A DNA stretch of 64,000 nt from Eledone cirrhosa (taxonomy: Eukaryota): assembly GCA_964016885.1 (NCBI GenBank), contig OZ024765.1:19902001-19966000 (forward strand), written 5' to 3'. A program made the translations under genes and the position numbers. Shown piece by piece: positions 25,001-41,020 of the stretch; positions within the stretch are counted from its first letter, which is position 1; each line of letters begins with the position of its first letter. The notes under the pieces are model-generated. The model saw nothing but the letters and a program-made list of their open reading frames with translations, was not told where the DNA came from and did no database searches.

Positions 25001-25442
25001 AATAAACCTCATTTGGTCATTCCATGAGAGTATCTTGGTCAACCTATGAAGGAGTGATGCTAGTGCTGTGAAATCTTGCATGTTCCATGAGAGTATCTTG
25101 GTCAGCCTATGAAGGAGTGATGCTAGAGCTGTGAAATCTTGCATGTTGAAAAATAAACCTCATTTGGTCATTCCATGACAGTATCTTGGTCAACCTATGA
25201 AGGAGTGATGCTAGCGCTGTGAAATCTTGCATGTTCCATGAGAGTATCTTGGTCAGCCTAGGAAGGAGTGATGCTAGAGCTGTGAAATCTTGCATGTTGA
25301 AAAATAAACCTCATTTGGTCATCCCATGAGAGTATCTTGGTCAGCCTATGAAGGAGTGATGCTAGAGCTGTGAAATCTTGCCTGTTGAAAAGTAAACCTC
25401 ATTTGGTCATTCCAAGTGAGTATCTTGGTCAGCCTACCTTCG
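19031..25442 (+). mobile_element. Expanded mariner MITE, block 1 (6.4 kb of 88/63-bp monomers)
   Basis: TA-CGAAGGTAGGCTTAAAAGTTCATAGGCT ... AGCCTACCTTCG-TA. Confidence 0.8.
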
Positions 25443-25907
25443 TATATTATATATATCATTGAATACTTCCAGTGTCACTAATCTATGATTTGAGGGATAT
25501 TTAGTCGCCATTTCTAGTATTTTTAACAGCTGAAGAGGGTTTTCATCAGTTTTGTAAGGTATTGTAGGGGTAACTGTTGGATAGGGCATATATTTGAATG
25601 TTGTTTAACCACTAAAACTATCATTATTATAATATTTCAGTGGCTGCCATTTCTAGCATTCAGTAGACTCTTCGTTTTGTTGTCTTTCATTATATATATA
25701 TATACATACATATATGTATATATATATACATACATATATATACATGCATATATATATATATACATACATATATATATATATATGCATACATACATGTATA
25801 TATATATACATATATATATATATACATATACATATCTATATAAATATATATACATACATATATATATACATATACATACATATATATACTTACATATATA
25901 TATATAC

Positions 25908-25951
<44 letters not shown>

Positions 25952-26863
25952 AGGCTGACCAAGATACTCTCATGGCATGACCAAATGAGGTTTATTTTTC
26001 ACCATGCAAGATTTCACAGCTCTAGCATCACTCCTTCATAGGCTGACCAAGATACTCTCATGGAATGACCAAATGAGGTTTATTTTTCAACATGCAAGAT
26101 TTCACAGCTCTAGCATCACTCCTTCATAGGCTGACCAAGATACTCTCATGGAATGACCAAATGAGGTCTATTTTTCAACATGCAAGATTTCACAGCTCTA
26201 GCATCACTCCTTCATAGGCTGACCAAGATACTCTCATGGAATGACCAAATGAGGTCTTTTTTTCAACATGCATGATTGCACAGCCCTAGCATCACTCCTT
26301 CATAGTGAGCCTATGAACTTTTAAGCCTACCTTCGTATATGTAAACAATGTATTTATTTAATATACAAATAATTACTAAGAAATTCGAAATAATTTTTGC
26401 ACCCATTTTTGCGATTAAGTAAAGACGGAGTTATCGTTCTTGAGATTTCGGCTCGGAGAAATTTGAGGAACTGATGTCGCTAAATGGCCAAATCATTTAC
26501 CTGCCCCGTTGCACCATGGGAGGGTAATGGCTGCCTTTTATTTTTTAAACGATGGCACCTTCTTTAGTTTCTTTAGCAGCATCTTGTTCCTTGTTTCATA
26601 TAAGTAAATAATAAAAACATTTTGGCGAGAAAGATATTAAAAAGTCTGCCGTGGTTTAAAAAAAATAAAAGGCAGCCATTACCCCTCCCATGGTGCAACG
26701 GGGCAGGTAAATGATTTGGCCATTTAGCGACATCAGTTCCTCAAATTTCTCCGAGCCGAAATCTCAAGAACGATAACTCCGTCTTTACTTAATCGCAAAA
26801 ATGGGTGCAAAAATTATTTCGAATTTCTTAGTAATTATTTGTATATTAAATTGTTTACATATA

Positions 26864-29800
26864 CGAAGGTAGGCTTAAAAGTTCATAGGCTCACTACGAA
26901 GGAGTGATGCTAGAGCTGTGAAATCTTGCATTTTAAAAAATAAACCTCATTTGGTCATTCCATGAGAGTATCTTGGTCAGCCTATGAAGGAGTGATGCTA
27001 GAGCTGTGAAATCTTGCATGTTTAAAAATAAACCTCATATGGTCATTCCATGAGAGTATCTTGGTCAACCTATGAAGGAGTGATGCTAGAGCTGTGAAAT
27101 CTTGCATGTTCCATGAGAGTATCTTGGTCAGCCTAGTAAGGAGTGATGCTAGAGCTGTGAAATCTTGCATGTTGAAAAATAAACCTCATTTGATCATTCC
27201 ATGAGAGTATCTTGGTCAACCTATGAAGGAGTGATGCTAGAGCTGTGAAATCTTGCATGTTCCATGAGAGTATCTTGGTCAGCCTAGGAAGGAGTGATGC
27301 TAGAGCTGTGAAATCTTGCCTGTTGAAAAATAAACCTCATTTGGTCATTCCATGAGAGTATCTTGGTCAGCCTATGAAGGAGTGATGCTAGAGCTGTGAA
27401 ATCTTGCATGTTAAAAAATAAACCTCATTTGGTCATTCCATGAGAGTATCTTGGTCAACCTATGAAGGAGTGATGCTAGAGCTGTGAAATCTTGCATGTT
27501 CCATGAGAGTATCTTGGTCAGCCTATGAAGGAGTGATGCTAGAGCTATGAAATCTTGCATGTTGTAAAATAAACCTCATTTGGTCATTCCATGAGAGTAT
27601 CTTGGTCAGCCTATGAAGGAGTGATGCTAGAGCTGTGAAATCTTGCATGTTGAAAAATAAACCTCATTTGGTCATTCCATGAGAGTATCTTTGTCAAAGT
27701 ATGAAGGAGTGATGCTAGAGCTGTGAAATCTTGCATGTTCCATGGGAGTATCTTGGTCAGCCTATGAAGGAGTGATGCTAGAGCTATGAAATCTTGCATG
27801 TTGTAAAATAAACCTCATTTGGTCATTCCATGAGAGTATCTTGGTCAACCTATGAAGGAGTGATGCTAGAGCTGTGAAATCTTGCATGTTCCATGAGAGT
27901 ATCTTGGTCAGCCTAGGAAGGAGTGATGCTAGGGCTGTGAAATCTTGCATGTTGAAAAATAAACCTCATTTGGTCATTCCATGAGAGTATCTTGGTCAGC
28001 CTATGAAGGAGTGATGCTAGAGCTGTGAAATCTTGCATGTTGAAAAATAAACCTCATTTGGTCATTCCATGAGAGTATCTTGGTCAACCTATGAAGGAGT
28101 GATGCTAGTGCTGTGAAATCTTGCATGTTCCATGAGAGTATCTTGGTCAGCCTATGAAGGAGTGATGCTAGAGCTGTGAAATCTTGCATGTTGAAAAATA
28201 AACCTCATATGGTCATTCCATGAGAGTATCTTGGTCAACCTATGAAGGAGTGATGCTAGGGCTGTGAAATCTTGCATGTTCCATGAGAGTATCTTGGTCA
28301 GCCTAGGAAGGAGTGATGCTAGAGCTGTGAAATCTTGCATGTTGAAAAATAAACCTCATTTGATCATTCCATGAGAGTATCTTGGTCAACCTATGAAGGA
28401 GTGATGCTAGAGCTGTGAAATCTTGCATGTTCCATGAGAGTATCTTGGTCAGCCTAGGAAGGAGTGATGCTAGAACTGTGAAATCTTGCATGTTGAAAAA
28501 TAAACCTCATTTGGTCATTCCATGAGAGTATCTTGGTCAGCCTATGAAGGAGTGATGCTAGAGCTGTGAAATCTTGCATGTTGAAAAATAAACCTCATTT
28601 GGTCATTCCATGAGAGTATCTTGGTCAACCTATGAAGGAGTGACGCTAGAGCTGTGAAATCTTGCATGTTCCATGAGAGTATCTTGGTCAGCCTATGAAG
28701 GAGTGATGCTAGAGCTATGAAATCTTGCATGTTGTAAAATAAACCTCATTTGGTCATTCCATGAGAGTATCTTGGTCAGCCTATGAAGGAGTGATGCTAG
28801 AGCTGTGAAATCTTGCATGTTGAAAAATAAACCTCATTTGGTCATTCCATGAGAGTATCTTGGTCAACCTATGAAGGAGTGATGCTACAGCTGTGAAATC
28901 TTGCATGTTCCATGAGAGTATCTTGGTCAGCCTATGAAGGAGTGATGCTAGAGCTATGAAATCTTGCATGTTGTAAAATAAACCTCATTTGGTCATTCCA
29001 TGAGAGTATCTTGGTCAGCCTAGGAAGGAGTGATGCTAGAGCTGTGAAATCTTGCCTGTTGAAAAATAAACCTCATTTGGTCATTCCATGAGAGTATCTT
29101 GGTCAGCCTATGAAGGAGTGATGCTAGAGCTGTGAAATCTTGCATGTTGAAAAATAAACCTCATTTGGTCATTCCATGAGAGTATCTTGGTCAACCTATG
29201 AAGGAGTGATGCTAGAGCTGTGAAATCTTGCATGTTGAAAAATAAACCTCATTTGGTCATTCCATGAGAGTATCTTTGTCAAAGTATGAAGGAGTGATGC
29301 TAGAGCTGTGAAATCTTGCATGTTCCATGGGAGTATCTTGGTCAGCCTATGAAGGAGTGATGCTAGAGCTATGAAATCTTGCATGTTGTAAAATAAACCT
29401 CATTTGGTCATTCCATGAGAGTATCTTGGTCAACCTATGAAGGAGTGATGCTAGTGCTGTGAAATCTTGCATGTTCCATGAGAGTATCTTGGTCAGCCTA
29501 GGAAGGAGTGATGCTAGGGCTGTGAAATCTTGCATGTTGTAAAATAAACCTCATTTGGTCATTCCATGAGAGTATCTTGGTCAACCTATGAAGGAGTGAT
29601 GCTAGTGCTGTGAAATCTTGCATGTTCCATGAGAGTATCTTGGTCAGCCTAGGAAGGAGTGATGCTAGGGCTGTGAAATCTTGCATGTTGAAAAATAAAC
29701 CTCATTTGGTCATTCCATGAGAGTATCTTGGTCAGCCTATGAAGGAGTGATGCTAGAGCTGTGAAATCTTGCATGTTGAAAAATAAACCTCATTTGGTCA

Positions 29801-30852
29801 TTCCATGAGAGTATCTTGGTCAACCTATGAAGGAGTGATGCTAGTGCTGTGAAATCTTGCATGTTGAAAAATAAACCTCATTTGGTCATTCCATGAGAGT
29901 ATCTTTGTCAAAGTATGAAGGAGTGATGCTAGAGCTGTGAAATCTTGCATGTTCCATGGGAGTATCTTGGTCAGCCTATGAAGGAGTGATGCTAGAGCTA
30001 TGAAATCTTTCATGTTGTAAAATAAACCTCATTTGGTCATTCCATGAGAGTATCTTGGTCAACCTATGAAGGAGTGATGCTAGTGCTGTGAAATCTTGCA
30101 TGTTCCATGAGAGTATCTTGGTCAGCCTAGGAAGGAGTGATGCTAGGGCTGTGAAATCTTGCATGTTGTAAAATAAACCTCATTTGGTCATTCCATGAGA
30201 GTATCTTGGTCAACCTATGAAGGAGTGATGCTAGTGCTGTGAAATCTTGCATGTTCCATGAGAGTATCTTGGTCAGCCTAGGAAGGAGTGATGCTAGGGC
30301 TGTGAAATCTTGCATGTTGAAAAATAAACCTCATTTGGTCATTCCATGAGAGTATCTTGGTCAGCCTATGAAGGAGTGATGCTAGAGCTGTGAAATCTTG
30401 CATGTTGAAAAATAAACCTCATTTGGTCATTCCATGAGAGTATCTTGGTCAACCTATGAAGGAGTGATGCTAGTGCTGTGAAATCTTGCATGTTCCATGA
30501 GAGTATCTTGGTCAGCCTATGAAGGAGTGATGCTAGAGCTGTGAAATCTTGCATGTTGAAAAATAAACCTCATTTGGTCATTCCATGACAGTATCTTGGT
30601 CAACCTATGAAGGAGTGATGCTAGCGCTGTGAAATCTTGCATGTTCCATGAGAGTATCTTGGTCAGCCTAGGAAGGAGTGATGCTAGAGCTGTGAAATCT
30701 TGCATGTTGAAAAATAAACCTCATTTGGTCATCCCATGAGAGTATCTTGGTCAGCCTATGAAGGAGTGATGCTAGAGCTGTGAAATCTTGCCTGTTGAAA
30801 AGTAAACCTCATTTGGTCATTCCAAGTGAGTATCTTGGTCAGCCTACCTTCG
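26864..30852 (+). mobile_element. Expanded mariner MITE, block 2
   Basis: Same TA/TIR boundaries. Confidence 0.8.
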
Positions 30853-31317
30853 TATATTATATATATCATTGAATACTTCCAGTGTCACTAATCTATGATT
30901 TGAGGGATATTTAGTCGCCATTTCTAGTATTTTTAACAGCTGAAGAGGGTTTTCATCAGTTTTGTAAGGTATTGTAGGGGTAACTGTTGGATAGGGCATA
31001 TATTTGAATGTTGTTTAACCACTAAAACTATCATTATTATAATATTTCAGTGGCTGCCATTTCTAGCATTCAGTAGACTCTTCGTTTTGTTGTCTTTCAT
31101 TATATATATATATACATACATATATGTATATATATATACATACATATATATACATGCATATATATATATATACATACATATATATATATATATGCATACA
31201 TACATGTATATATATATACATATATATATATATACATATACATATCTATATAAATATATATACATACATATATATATACATATACATACATATATATACT
31301 TACATATATATATATAC

Positions 31318-31371
<54 letters not shown>

Positions 31372-32291
31372 AGGCTGACCAAGATACTCTCATGGCATGA
31401 CCAAATGAGGTTTATTTTTCACCATGCAAGATTTCACAGCTCTAGCATCACTCCTTCATAGGCTGACCAAGATACTCTCATGGAATGACCAAATGAGGTT
31501 TATTTTTCAACATGCAAGATTTCACAGCTCTAGCATCACTCCTTCATAGGCTGACCAAGATACTCTCATGGAATGACCAAATGAGGTCTATTTTTCAACA
31601 TGCAAGATTTCACAGCTCTAGCATCACTCCTTCATAGGCTGACCAAGATACTCTCATGGAATGACCAAATGAGGTCTTTTTTTCAACATGCATGATTGCA
31701 CAGCCCTAGCATCACTCCTTCATAGTGAGCCTATGAACTTTTAAGCCTACCTTCGTATATGTAAACAATGTATTTATTTAATATACAAATAATTACTAAG
31801 AAATTCGAAATAATTTTTGCACCCATTTTTGCGATTAAGTAAAGACGGAGTTATCGTTCTTGAGATTTCGGCTCGGAGAAATTTGAGGAACTGATGTCGC
31901 TAAATGGCCAAATCATTTACCTGCCCCGTTGCACCATGGGAGGGTAATGGCTGCCTTTTATTTTTTAAACGATGGCACCTTCTTTAGTTTCTTTAGCAGC
32001 ATCTTGTTCCTTGTTTCATATAAGTAAATAATAAAAACATTTTGGCGAGAAAGATATTAAAAAGTCTGCCGTGGTTTAAAAAAAATAAAAGGCAGCCATT
32101 ACCCCTCCCATGGTGCAACGGGGCAGGTAAATGATTTGGCCATTTAGCGACATCAGTTCCTCAAATTTCTCCGAGCCGAAATCTCAAGAACGATAACTCC
32201 GTCTTTACTTAATCGCAAAAATGGGTGCAAAAATTATTTCGAATTTCTTAGTAATTATTTGTATATTAAATAAATACATTGTTTACATATA

Positions 32292-35200
32292 CGAAGGTAG
32301 GCTTAAAAGTTCATAGGCTCACTACGAAGGAGTGATGCTAGTGCTGTGAAATCTTGCATTTTAAAAAATAAACCTCATTTGGTCATTCCATGAGAGTATC
32401 TTGGTCAGCCTATGAAGGAGTGATGCTAGAGCTGTGAAATCTTGCATGTTGAAAAATAAACCTCATATGGTCATTCCATGAGAGTATCTTGGTCAACCTA
32501 TGAAGGAGTGATGCTAGAGCTGTGAAATCTTGCATGTTCCATGAGAGTATCTTGGTCAGCCTAGGAAGGAGTGATGCTAGAGCTGTGAAATCTTGCATGT
32601 TGAAAAATAAACCTCATTTGATCATTCCATGAGAGTATCTTGGTCAACCTATGAAGGAGTGATGCTAGAGCTGTGAAATCTTGCATGTTCCATGAGAGTA
32701 TCTTGGTCAGCCTAGGAAGGAGTGATGCTAGAGCTGTGAAATCTTGCATGTTGAAAAATAAACCTCATTTGGTCATTCCATGAGAGTATCTTGGTCAGCC
32801 TATGAAGGAGTGATGATAGAGCTGTGAAATCTTGCATGTTGAAAAATAAACCTCATTTGGTCATTCCATGAGAGTATCTTGGTCAACCTATGAAGGAGTG
32901 ATGCTAGAGCTGTGAAATCTTGCATGTTCCATGAGAGTATCTTGGTCAGCCTATGAAGGAGTGATGCTAGAGCTATGAAATCTTGCATGTTGTAAAATAA
33001 ACCTCATTTGGTCATTCCATGAGAGTATCTTGGTCAGCCTATGAAGGAGTGATGCTAGAGCTGTGAAATCTTGCATGTTGAAAAATAAACCTCATTTGGT
33101 CATTCCATGAGAGTATCTTGGTCAACCTATGAAGGAGTGATGCTAGAGCTGTGAAATATTGCATGTTCCATGAGAGTATCTTGGTCAGCCTAGGAAGGAG
33201 TGATGCTAGAGCTGTGAAATCTTGCCTGTTGAAAAATAAACCTCATTTGGTCATTCCATGAGAGTATCTTGGTCAGCCTATGAAGGAGTGATGCTAGAGC
33301 TGTGAAATCTTGCATGTTAAAAAATAAACCTCATTTGGTCATTCCATGAGAGTATCTTGGTCAACCTATGAAGGAGTGATGCTAGAGCTGTGAAATCTTG
33401 CATGTTCCATGAAATTATCTTGGTCAGCCTATGAAGGAGTGATGCTAGAGCTATGAAATCTTGCATGTTGTAAAATAAACCTCATTTGGTCATTCCATGA
33501 GAGTATCTTGGTCAGCCTATGAAGGAGTGATGCTAGAGCTGTGAAATCTTGCATGTTGAAAAATAAACCTCATTTGGTCATTCCATGAGAGTATCGTTGT
33601 CAAAGTATGAAGGAGTGATGCTAGAGCTGTGAAATCTTGCATGTTCCATGGGAGTATCTTGGTCAGCCTATGAAGGAGTGATGCTAGAGCTATGAAATCT
33701 TGCATGTTGTAAAATAAACCTCATTTGGTCATTCCATGAGAGTATCTTGGTCAACCTATGAAGGAGTGATGCTAGAGCTGTGAAATCTTGCATGTTCCAT
33801 GAGAGTATCTTGGTCAGCCTAGGAAGGAGTGATGCTAGGGCTGTGAAATCTTGCATGTTGAAAAATAAACCTCATTTGGTCATTCCATGAGAGTATCTTG
33901 GTCAGCCTATGAAGGAGTGATGCTAGAGCTGTGAAATCTTGCATGTTGAAAAATAAACCTCATTTGGTCATTCCATGAGAGTATCTTGGTCAACCTATGA
34001 AGGAGTGATGCTAGTGCTGTGAAATCTTGCATGTTCCATGAGAGTATCTTGGTCAGCCTATGAAGGAGTGATGCTAGAGCTGTGAAATCTTGCATGTTGA
34101 AAAATAAACCTCATATGGTCATTCCATGAGAGTATCTTGGTCAACCTATGAAGGAGTGATGCTAGAGCTGTGAAATCTTGCATGTTCCATGAGAGTATCT
34201 TGGTCAGCCTAGGAAGGAGTGATGCTAGAGCTGTGAAATCTTGCATGTTGAAAAATAAACCTCATTTGATCATTCCATGAGAGTATCTTGGTCAGCCTAT
34301 GAAGGAGTGATGCTAGAGCTGTGAAATCTTGCATGTTGAAAAATAAACCTCATTTGGTCATTCCATGAGAGTATCTTGGTCAACCTATGAAGGAGTGATG
34401 CTAGAGCTGTGAAATCTTGCATGTTCCATGAAAGTATCTTGGTCAGCCTATGAAGGAGTGATGCTAGAGCTATGAAATCTTGCATGTTGTAAAATAAACC
34501 TCATTTGGTCATTCCATGAGAGTATCTTGGTCAGCCTATGAAGGAGTGATGCTAGAGCTGTGAAATCTTGCATGTTGAAAAATAAACCTCATTTGGTCAT
34601 TCCATGAGAGTATCTTGGTCAACCTATGAAGGAGTGATGCTAGAGCTGTGAAATCTTGCATGTTCCATGAGAGTATCTTGGTCAGCCTAGGAAGGAGTGA
34701 TGCTAGAGCTGTGAAATCTTGCCTGTTGAAAAATAAACCTCATTTGGTCATTCCATGAGAGTATCTTGGTCAACCTATGAAGGAGTGATGCTAGAGCTGT
34801 GAAATCTTGCATGTTCCATGAAAGTATCTTGGTCAGCCTATGAAGGAGTGATGCTAGAGCTATGAAATCTTGCATGTTGTAAAATAAACCTCATTTGGTC
34901 ATTCCATGAGAGTATCTTGGTCAGCCTATGAAGGAGTGATGCTAGAGCTGTGAAATCTTGCATGTTGAAAAATAAACCTCATTTGGTCATTCCATGAGAG
35001 TATCTTTGTCAAAGTATGAAGGAGTGATGCTAGAGCTGTGAAATCTTGCATGTTCCATGGGAGTATCTTGGTCAGCCTATGAAGGAGTGATGCTAGAGCT
35101 ATGAAATCTTGCATTTTGTAAAATAAACCTCATTTGGTCATTCCATGAGAGTATCTTGGTCAACCTATGAAGGAGTGATGCTAGTGCTGTGAAATCTTGC

Positions 35201-35714
35201 ATGTTCCATGAGAGTATCTTGGTCAGCCTAGGAAGGAGTGATGCTAGGGCTGTGAAATCTTGCATGTTGAAAAATAAACCTCATTTGGTCATTCCATGAG
35301 AGTATCTTGGTCAGCCTATGAAGGAGTGATGCTAGAGCTGTGAAATCTTGCATGTTGAAAAATAAACCTCATTTGGTCATTCCATGAGAGTATCTTGGTC
35401 AACCTATGAAGCAGTGATGCTAGTGCTGTGAAATCTTGCATGTTCCATGAGAGTATCTTGGTCAGCCTATGAAGGAGTGATGCTAGAGCTGTGAAATCTT
35501 GCATGTTGAAAAATAAACCTCATTTGGTCATTCCATGACAGTATCTTGGTCAACCTATGAAGGAGTGATGCTAGCGCTGTGAAATCTTGCATGTTCCATG
35601 AGAGTATCTTGGTCAGCCTAGGAAGGAGTGATGCTAGAGCTGTGAAATCTTGCCTGTTGAAAAGTAAACCTCATTTGGTCATTCCAAGTGAGTATCTTGG
35701 TCAGCCTACCTTCG
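32292..35714 (+). mobile_element. Expanded mariner MITE, block 3
   Basis: Same TA/TIR boundaries. Confidence 0.8.
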
Positions 35715-36183
35715 TATATTATATATATCATTGAATACTTCCAGTGTCACTAATCTATGATTTGAGGGATATTTAGTCGCCATTTCTAGTATTTTTAACA
35801 GCTGAAGAGGGTTTTCATCAGTTTTGTAAGGTATTGTAGGGGTAACTGTTGGATAGGGCATATATTTGAATGTTGTTTAACCACTAAAACTATCATTATT
35901 ATAATATTTCAGTGGCTGCCATTTCTAGCATTCAGTAGACTCTTCGTTTTGTTGTCTTTCATTATATATATATATACATACATATATGTATATATATATA
36001 CATACATATATATACATGCATATATATATATATACATACATACATATATATATATATATGCATACATACATGTATATATATATACATATATATATATATA
36101 CATATACATATCTATATAAATATATATACATACATATATATATACATATACATACATATATATACTTACATATATATATATAC

Positions 36184-36218
<35 letters not shown>

Positions 36219-37133
36219 AATAGGCTGACCAAGATACTCTCATGGCATGACCAAATGAGGTTTATTTTTCACCATGCAAGATTTCACAGCTCTAGCATCA
36301 CTCCTTCATAGGCTGACCAAGATACTCTCATGGAATGACCAAATGAGGTTTATTTTTCAACATGCAAGATTTCACAGCTCTAGCATCACTCCTTCATAGG
36401 CTGACCAAGATACTCTCATTGAATGACCAAATGAGGTCTATTTTTCAACATGCAAGATTTCACAGTTCTAGCATCACTCCTTCATAGGCTGACCAAGATA
36501 CTCTCATGGAATGACCAAATGAAGTCTATTTTTCAACATGCATGATTGCACAGCACTAGCATCACTCCTTCATAGTGAGCCTATGAACTTTTAAGCCTAC
36601 CTTCGTATATGTAAACAATGTATTTATTTAATATACAAATAATTACTAAGAAATTCGAAATAATTTTTGCACCCATTTTTGCGATTAAGTAAAGACGGAG
36701 TTATCGTTCTTGAGATTTCGGCTCGGAGAAATTTGAGGAACTGATGTCGCTAAATGGCCAAATCATTTACCTGCCCCGTTGCACCATGGGAGGGTAATGG
36801 CTGCCTTTTCTTGTTTAAACGATGGCACCTTCTTTAGTTTCTTTAGCAGCATCTTGTTCCTTGTTTCATATAAGTAAATAATAAAAACATTTTGGCGAGA
36901 AAGATATTAAAAAGTCTGCCGTGGTTTAAAAAAAATAAAAGGCAGCCATTACCCCTCCCATGGTGCAACGGGGCAGGTAAATGATTTGGCCATTTAGCGA
37001 CATCAGTTCCTCAAATTTCTCCGAGCCGAAATCTCAAGAACGATAACTCCGTCTTTACTTAATCGCAAAAATGGGTGCAAAAATTATTTCGAATTTCTTA
37101 GTAATTATTTGTATATTAAATTGTTTACATATA

Positions 37134-40100
37134 CGAAGGTAGGCTTAAAAGTTCATAGGCTCACTACGAAGGAGTGATGCTAGAGCTGTGAAATCTTGCA
37201 TTTTAAAAAATAAACCTCATTTGGTCATTCCATGAGAGTATCTTGGTCAGCCTATGAAGGAGTGATGCTAGAGCTGTGAAATCTTGCATGTTGAAAAATA
37301 AACCTCATATGGTCATTCCATGAGAGTATCTTGGTCAACCTATGAAGGAGTGATGCTAGAGCTGTGAAATCTTGCATGTTCCATGAGAGTATCTTGGTCA
37401 GCCTAGGAAGGAGTGATGCTAGAGCTGTGAAATCTTGCATGTTGAAAAATAAACCTCATTTGATCATTCCATGAGAGTATCTTGGTCAACCTATGAAGGA
37501 GTGATGCTAGAGCTGTGAAATCTTGCATGTTGAAAAATAAACCTCATTTGGTCATTCCATGGGAGTATCTTGGTCAACCTATGAAGGAGTGATGCTAGAG
37601 CTGTGAAATATTGCATGTTCCATGAGAGTATCTTGGTCAGCCTAGGAAGGAGTGATGCTAGAGCTGTGAAATCTTGCCTGTTGAAAAATAAACCTCATTT
37701 GGTCATTCCATGAGAGTATCTTGGTCAGCCTATGAAGGAGTGATGCTAGAGCTGTGAAATCTTGCATGTTAAAAAATAAACCTCATTTGGTCATTCCATG
37801 AGAGTATCTTGGTCAACCTATGAAGGAGTGATGCTAGAGCTGTGAAATCTTGCATGTTCCATGAAAGTATCTTGGTCAGCCTATGAAGGAGTGATGCTAG
37901 AGCTATGAAATCTTGCATGTTGTAAAATAAACCTCATTTGGTCATTCCATGAGAGTATCTTGGTCAGCCTATGAAGGAGTGATGCTAGAGCTGTGAAATC
38001 TTGCATGTTGAAAAATAAACCTCATTTGGTCATTCCATGAGAGTATCTTTGTCAAAGTATGAAGGAGTGATGCTAGAGCTGTGAAATCTTGCATGTTCCA
38101 TGGGAGTATCTTGGTCAGCCTATGAAGGAGTGATGCTAGAGCTATGAAATCTTGCATGTTGTAAAATAAACCTCATTTGGTCATTCCATGAGAGTATCTT
38201 GGTCAACCTATGAAGGAGTGATGCTAGAGCTGTGAAATCTTGCATGTTCCATGAGAGTATCTTGGTCAGCCTAGGAAGGAGTGATGCTAGGGCTGTGAAA
38301 TCTTGCATGTTGAAAAATAAACCTCATTTGGTCATTCCATGAGAGTATCTTGGTCAGCCTATGAAGGAGTGATGCTAGAGCTGTGAAATCTTGCATGTTG
38401 AAAAATAAACCTCATTTGGTCATTCCATGAGAGTATCTTGGTCAACCTATGAAGGAGTGATGCTAGAGCTGTGAAATCTTGCATGTTCCATGAGAGTATC
38501 TTGGTCAGCCTATGAAGGAGTGATGCTAGAGCTGTGAAATCTTGCATGTTGAAAAATAAACCTCATATGGTCATTCCATGAGAGTATCTTGGTCAACCTA
38601 TGAAGGAGTGATGCTAGAGCTGTGAAATCTTGCATGTTCCATGAGATTATCTTGGTCAGCCTAGGAAGGAGTGATGCTAGAGCTGTGAAATCTTGCATGT
38701 TGAAAAATAAACCTCATTTGATCATTCCATGAGAGTATCTTGGTCAACCTATGAAGGAGTGATGCTAGAGCTGTGAAATCTTGCATGTTCCATGAGAGTA
38801 TCTTGGTCAGCCTAGGAAGGAGTGATGCTAGAGCTGTGAAATCTTGCATGTTGAAAAATAAACCTCATTTGGTCATTCCATGAGAGTATCTTGGTCAGCC
38901 TATGAAGGAGTGATGCTAGAGCTGTGAAATCTTGCATGTTGAAAAATAAACCTCATTTGGTCATTCCATGAGAGTATCTTGGTCAACCTATGAAGGAGTG
39001 ACGCTAGAGCTGTGAAATCTTGCATGTTCCATGAGAGTATCTTGGTCAGCCTATGAAGGAGTGATGCTAGAGCTATGAAATCTTGCATGTTGTAAAATAA
39101 ACCTCATTTGGTCATTCCATGAGAGTATCTTGGTCAGCCTATGAAGGAGTGATGCTAGAGCTGTGAAATCTTGCATGTTGAAAAATAAACCTCATTTGGT
39201 CATTCCATGAGAGTATCTTGGTCAACCTATGAAGGAGTGATGCTAGAGCTGTGAAATCTTGCATGTTCCATGAGAGTATCTTGGTCAGCCTATGAAGGAG
39301 TGATGCTAGAGCTATGAAATCTTGCATGTTGTAAAATAAACCTCATTTGGTCATTCCATGAGAGTATCTTGGTCAGCCTATGAAGGAGTGATGCTAGAGC
39401 TGTGAAATCTTGCATGTTGAAAAATAAACCTCATTTGGTCATTCCATGAGAGTATCTTGGTCAACCTATGAAGGAGTGATGCTAGAGCTGTGAAATCTTG
39501 CATGTTGAAAAATAAACCTCATTTGGTCATTCCATGAGAGTATCTTTGTCAAAGTATGAAGGAGTGATGCTAGAGCTGTGAAATCTTGCATGTTCCATGG
39601 GAGTATCTTGGTCAGCCTATGAAGGAGTGATGCTAGAGCTATGAAATCTTTCATGTTGTAAAATAAACCTCATTTGGTCATTCCATGAGAGTATCTTGGT
39701 CAACCTATGAAGGAGTGATGCTAGTGCTGTGAAATCTTGCATGTTCCATGAGAGTATCTTGGTCAGCCTAGGAAGGAGTGATGCTAGGGCTGTGAAATCT
39801 TGCATGTTGTAAAATAAACCTCATTTGGTCATTCCATGAGAGTATCTTGGTCAACCTATGAAGGAGTGATGCTAGTGCTGTGAAATCTTGCATGTTCCAT
39901 GAGAGTATCTTGGTCAGCCTAGGAAGGAGTGATGCTAGGGCTGTGAAATCTTGCATGTTGAAAAATAAACCTCATTTGGTCATTCCATGAGAGTATCTTG
40001 GTCAGCCTATGAAGGAGTGATGCTAGAGCTGTGAAATCTTGCATGTTGAAAAATAAACCTCATTTGGTCATTCCATGAGAGTATCTTGGTCAACCTATGA

Positions 40101-40493
40101 AGGAGTGATGCTAGTGCTGTGAAATCTTGCATGTTCCATGAGAGTATCTTGGTCAGCCTATGAAGGAGTGATGCTAGAGCTGTGAAATCTTGCATGTTGA
40201 AAAATAAACCTCATTTGGTCATTCCATGACAGTATCTTGGTCAACCTATGAAGGAGTGATGCTAGCGCTGTGAAATCTTGCATGTTCCATGAGAGTATCT
40301 TGGTCAGCCTAGGAAGGAGTGATGCTAGAGCTGTGAAATCTTGCATGTTGAAAAATAAACCTCATTTGGTCATCCCATGAGAGTATCTTGGTCAGCCTAT
40401 GAAGGAGTGATGCTAGAGCTGTGAAATCTTGCCTGTTGAAAAGTAAACCTCATTTGGTCATTCCAAGTGAGTATCTTGGTCAGCCTACCTTCG
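37134..40493 (+). mobile_element. Expanded mariner MITE, block 4
   Basis: Same TA/TIR boundaries. Confidence 0.8.
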
Positions 40494-40958
40494 TATATTA
40501 TATATATCATTGAATACTTCCAGTGTCACTAATCTATGATTTGAGGGATATTTAGTCGCCATTTCTAGTATTTTTAACAGCTGAAGAGGGTTTTCATCAG
40601 TTTTGTAAGGTATTGTAGGGGTAACTGTTGGATAGGGCATATATTTGAATGTTGTTTAACCACTAAAACTATCATTATTATAATATTTCAGTGGCTGCCA
40701 TTTCTAGCATTCAGTAGACTCTTCGTTTTCTTGTCTTTCATTATATATATATATACATACATATATGTATATATATATACATACATATATATACATGCAT
40801 ATATATATATATACATACATATATATATATATATGCATACATACATGTATATATATATACATATATATATATATACATATACATATCTATATAAATATAT
40901 ATACATACATATATATATACATATACATACATATATATACTTACATATATATATATAC

Positions 40959-41020
<62 letters not shown>
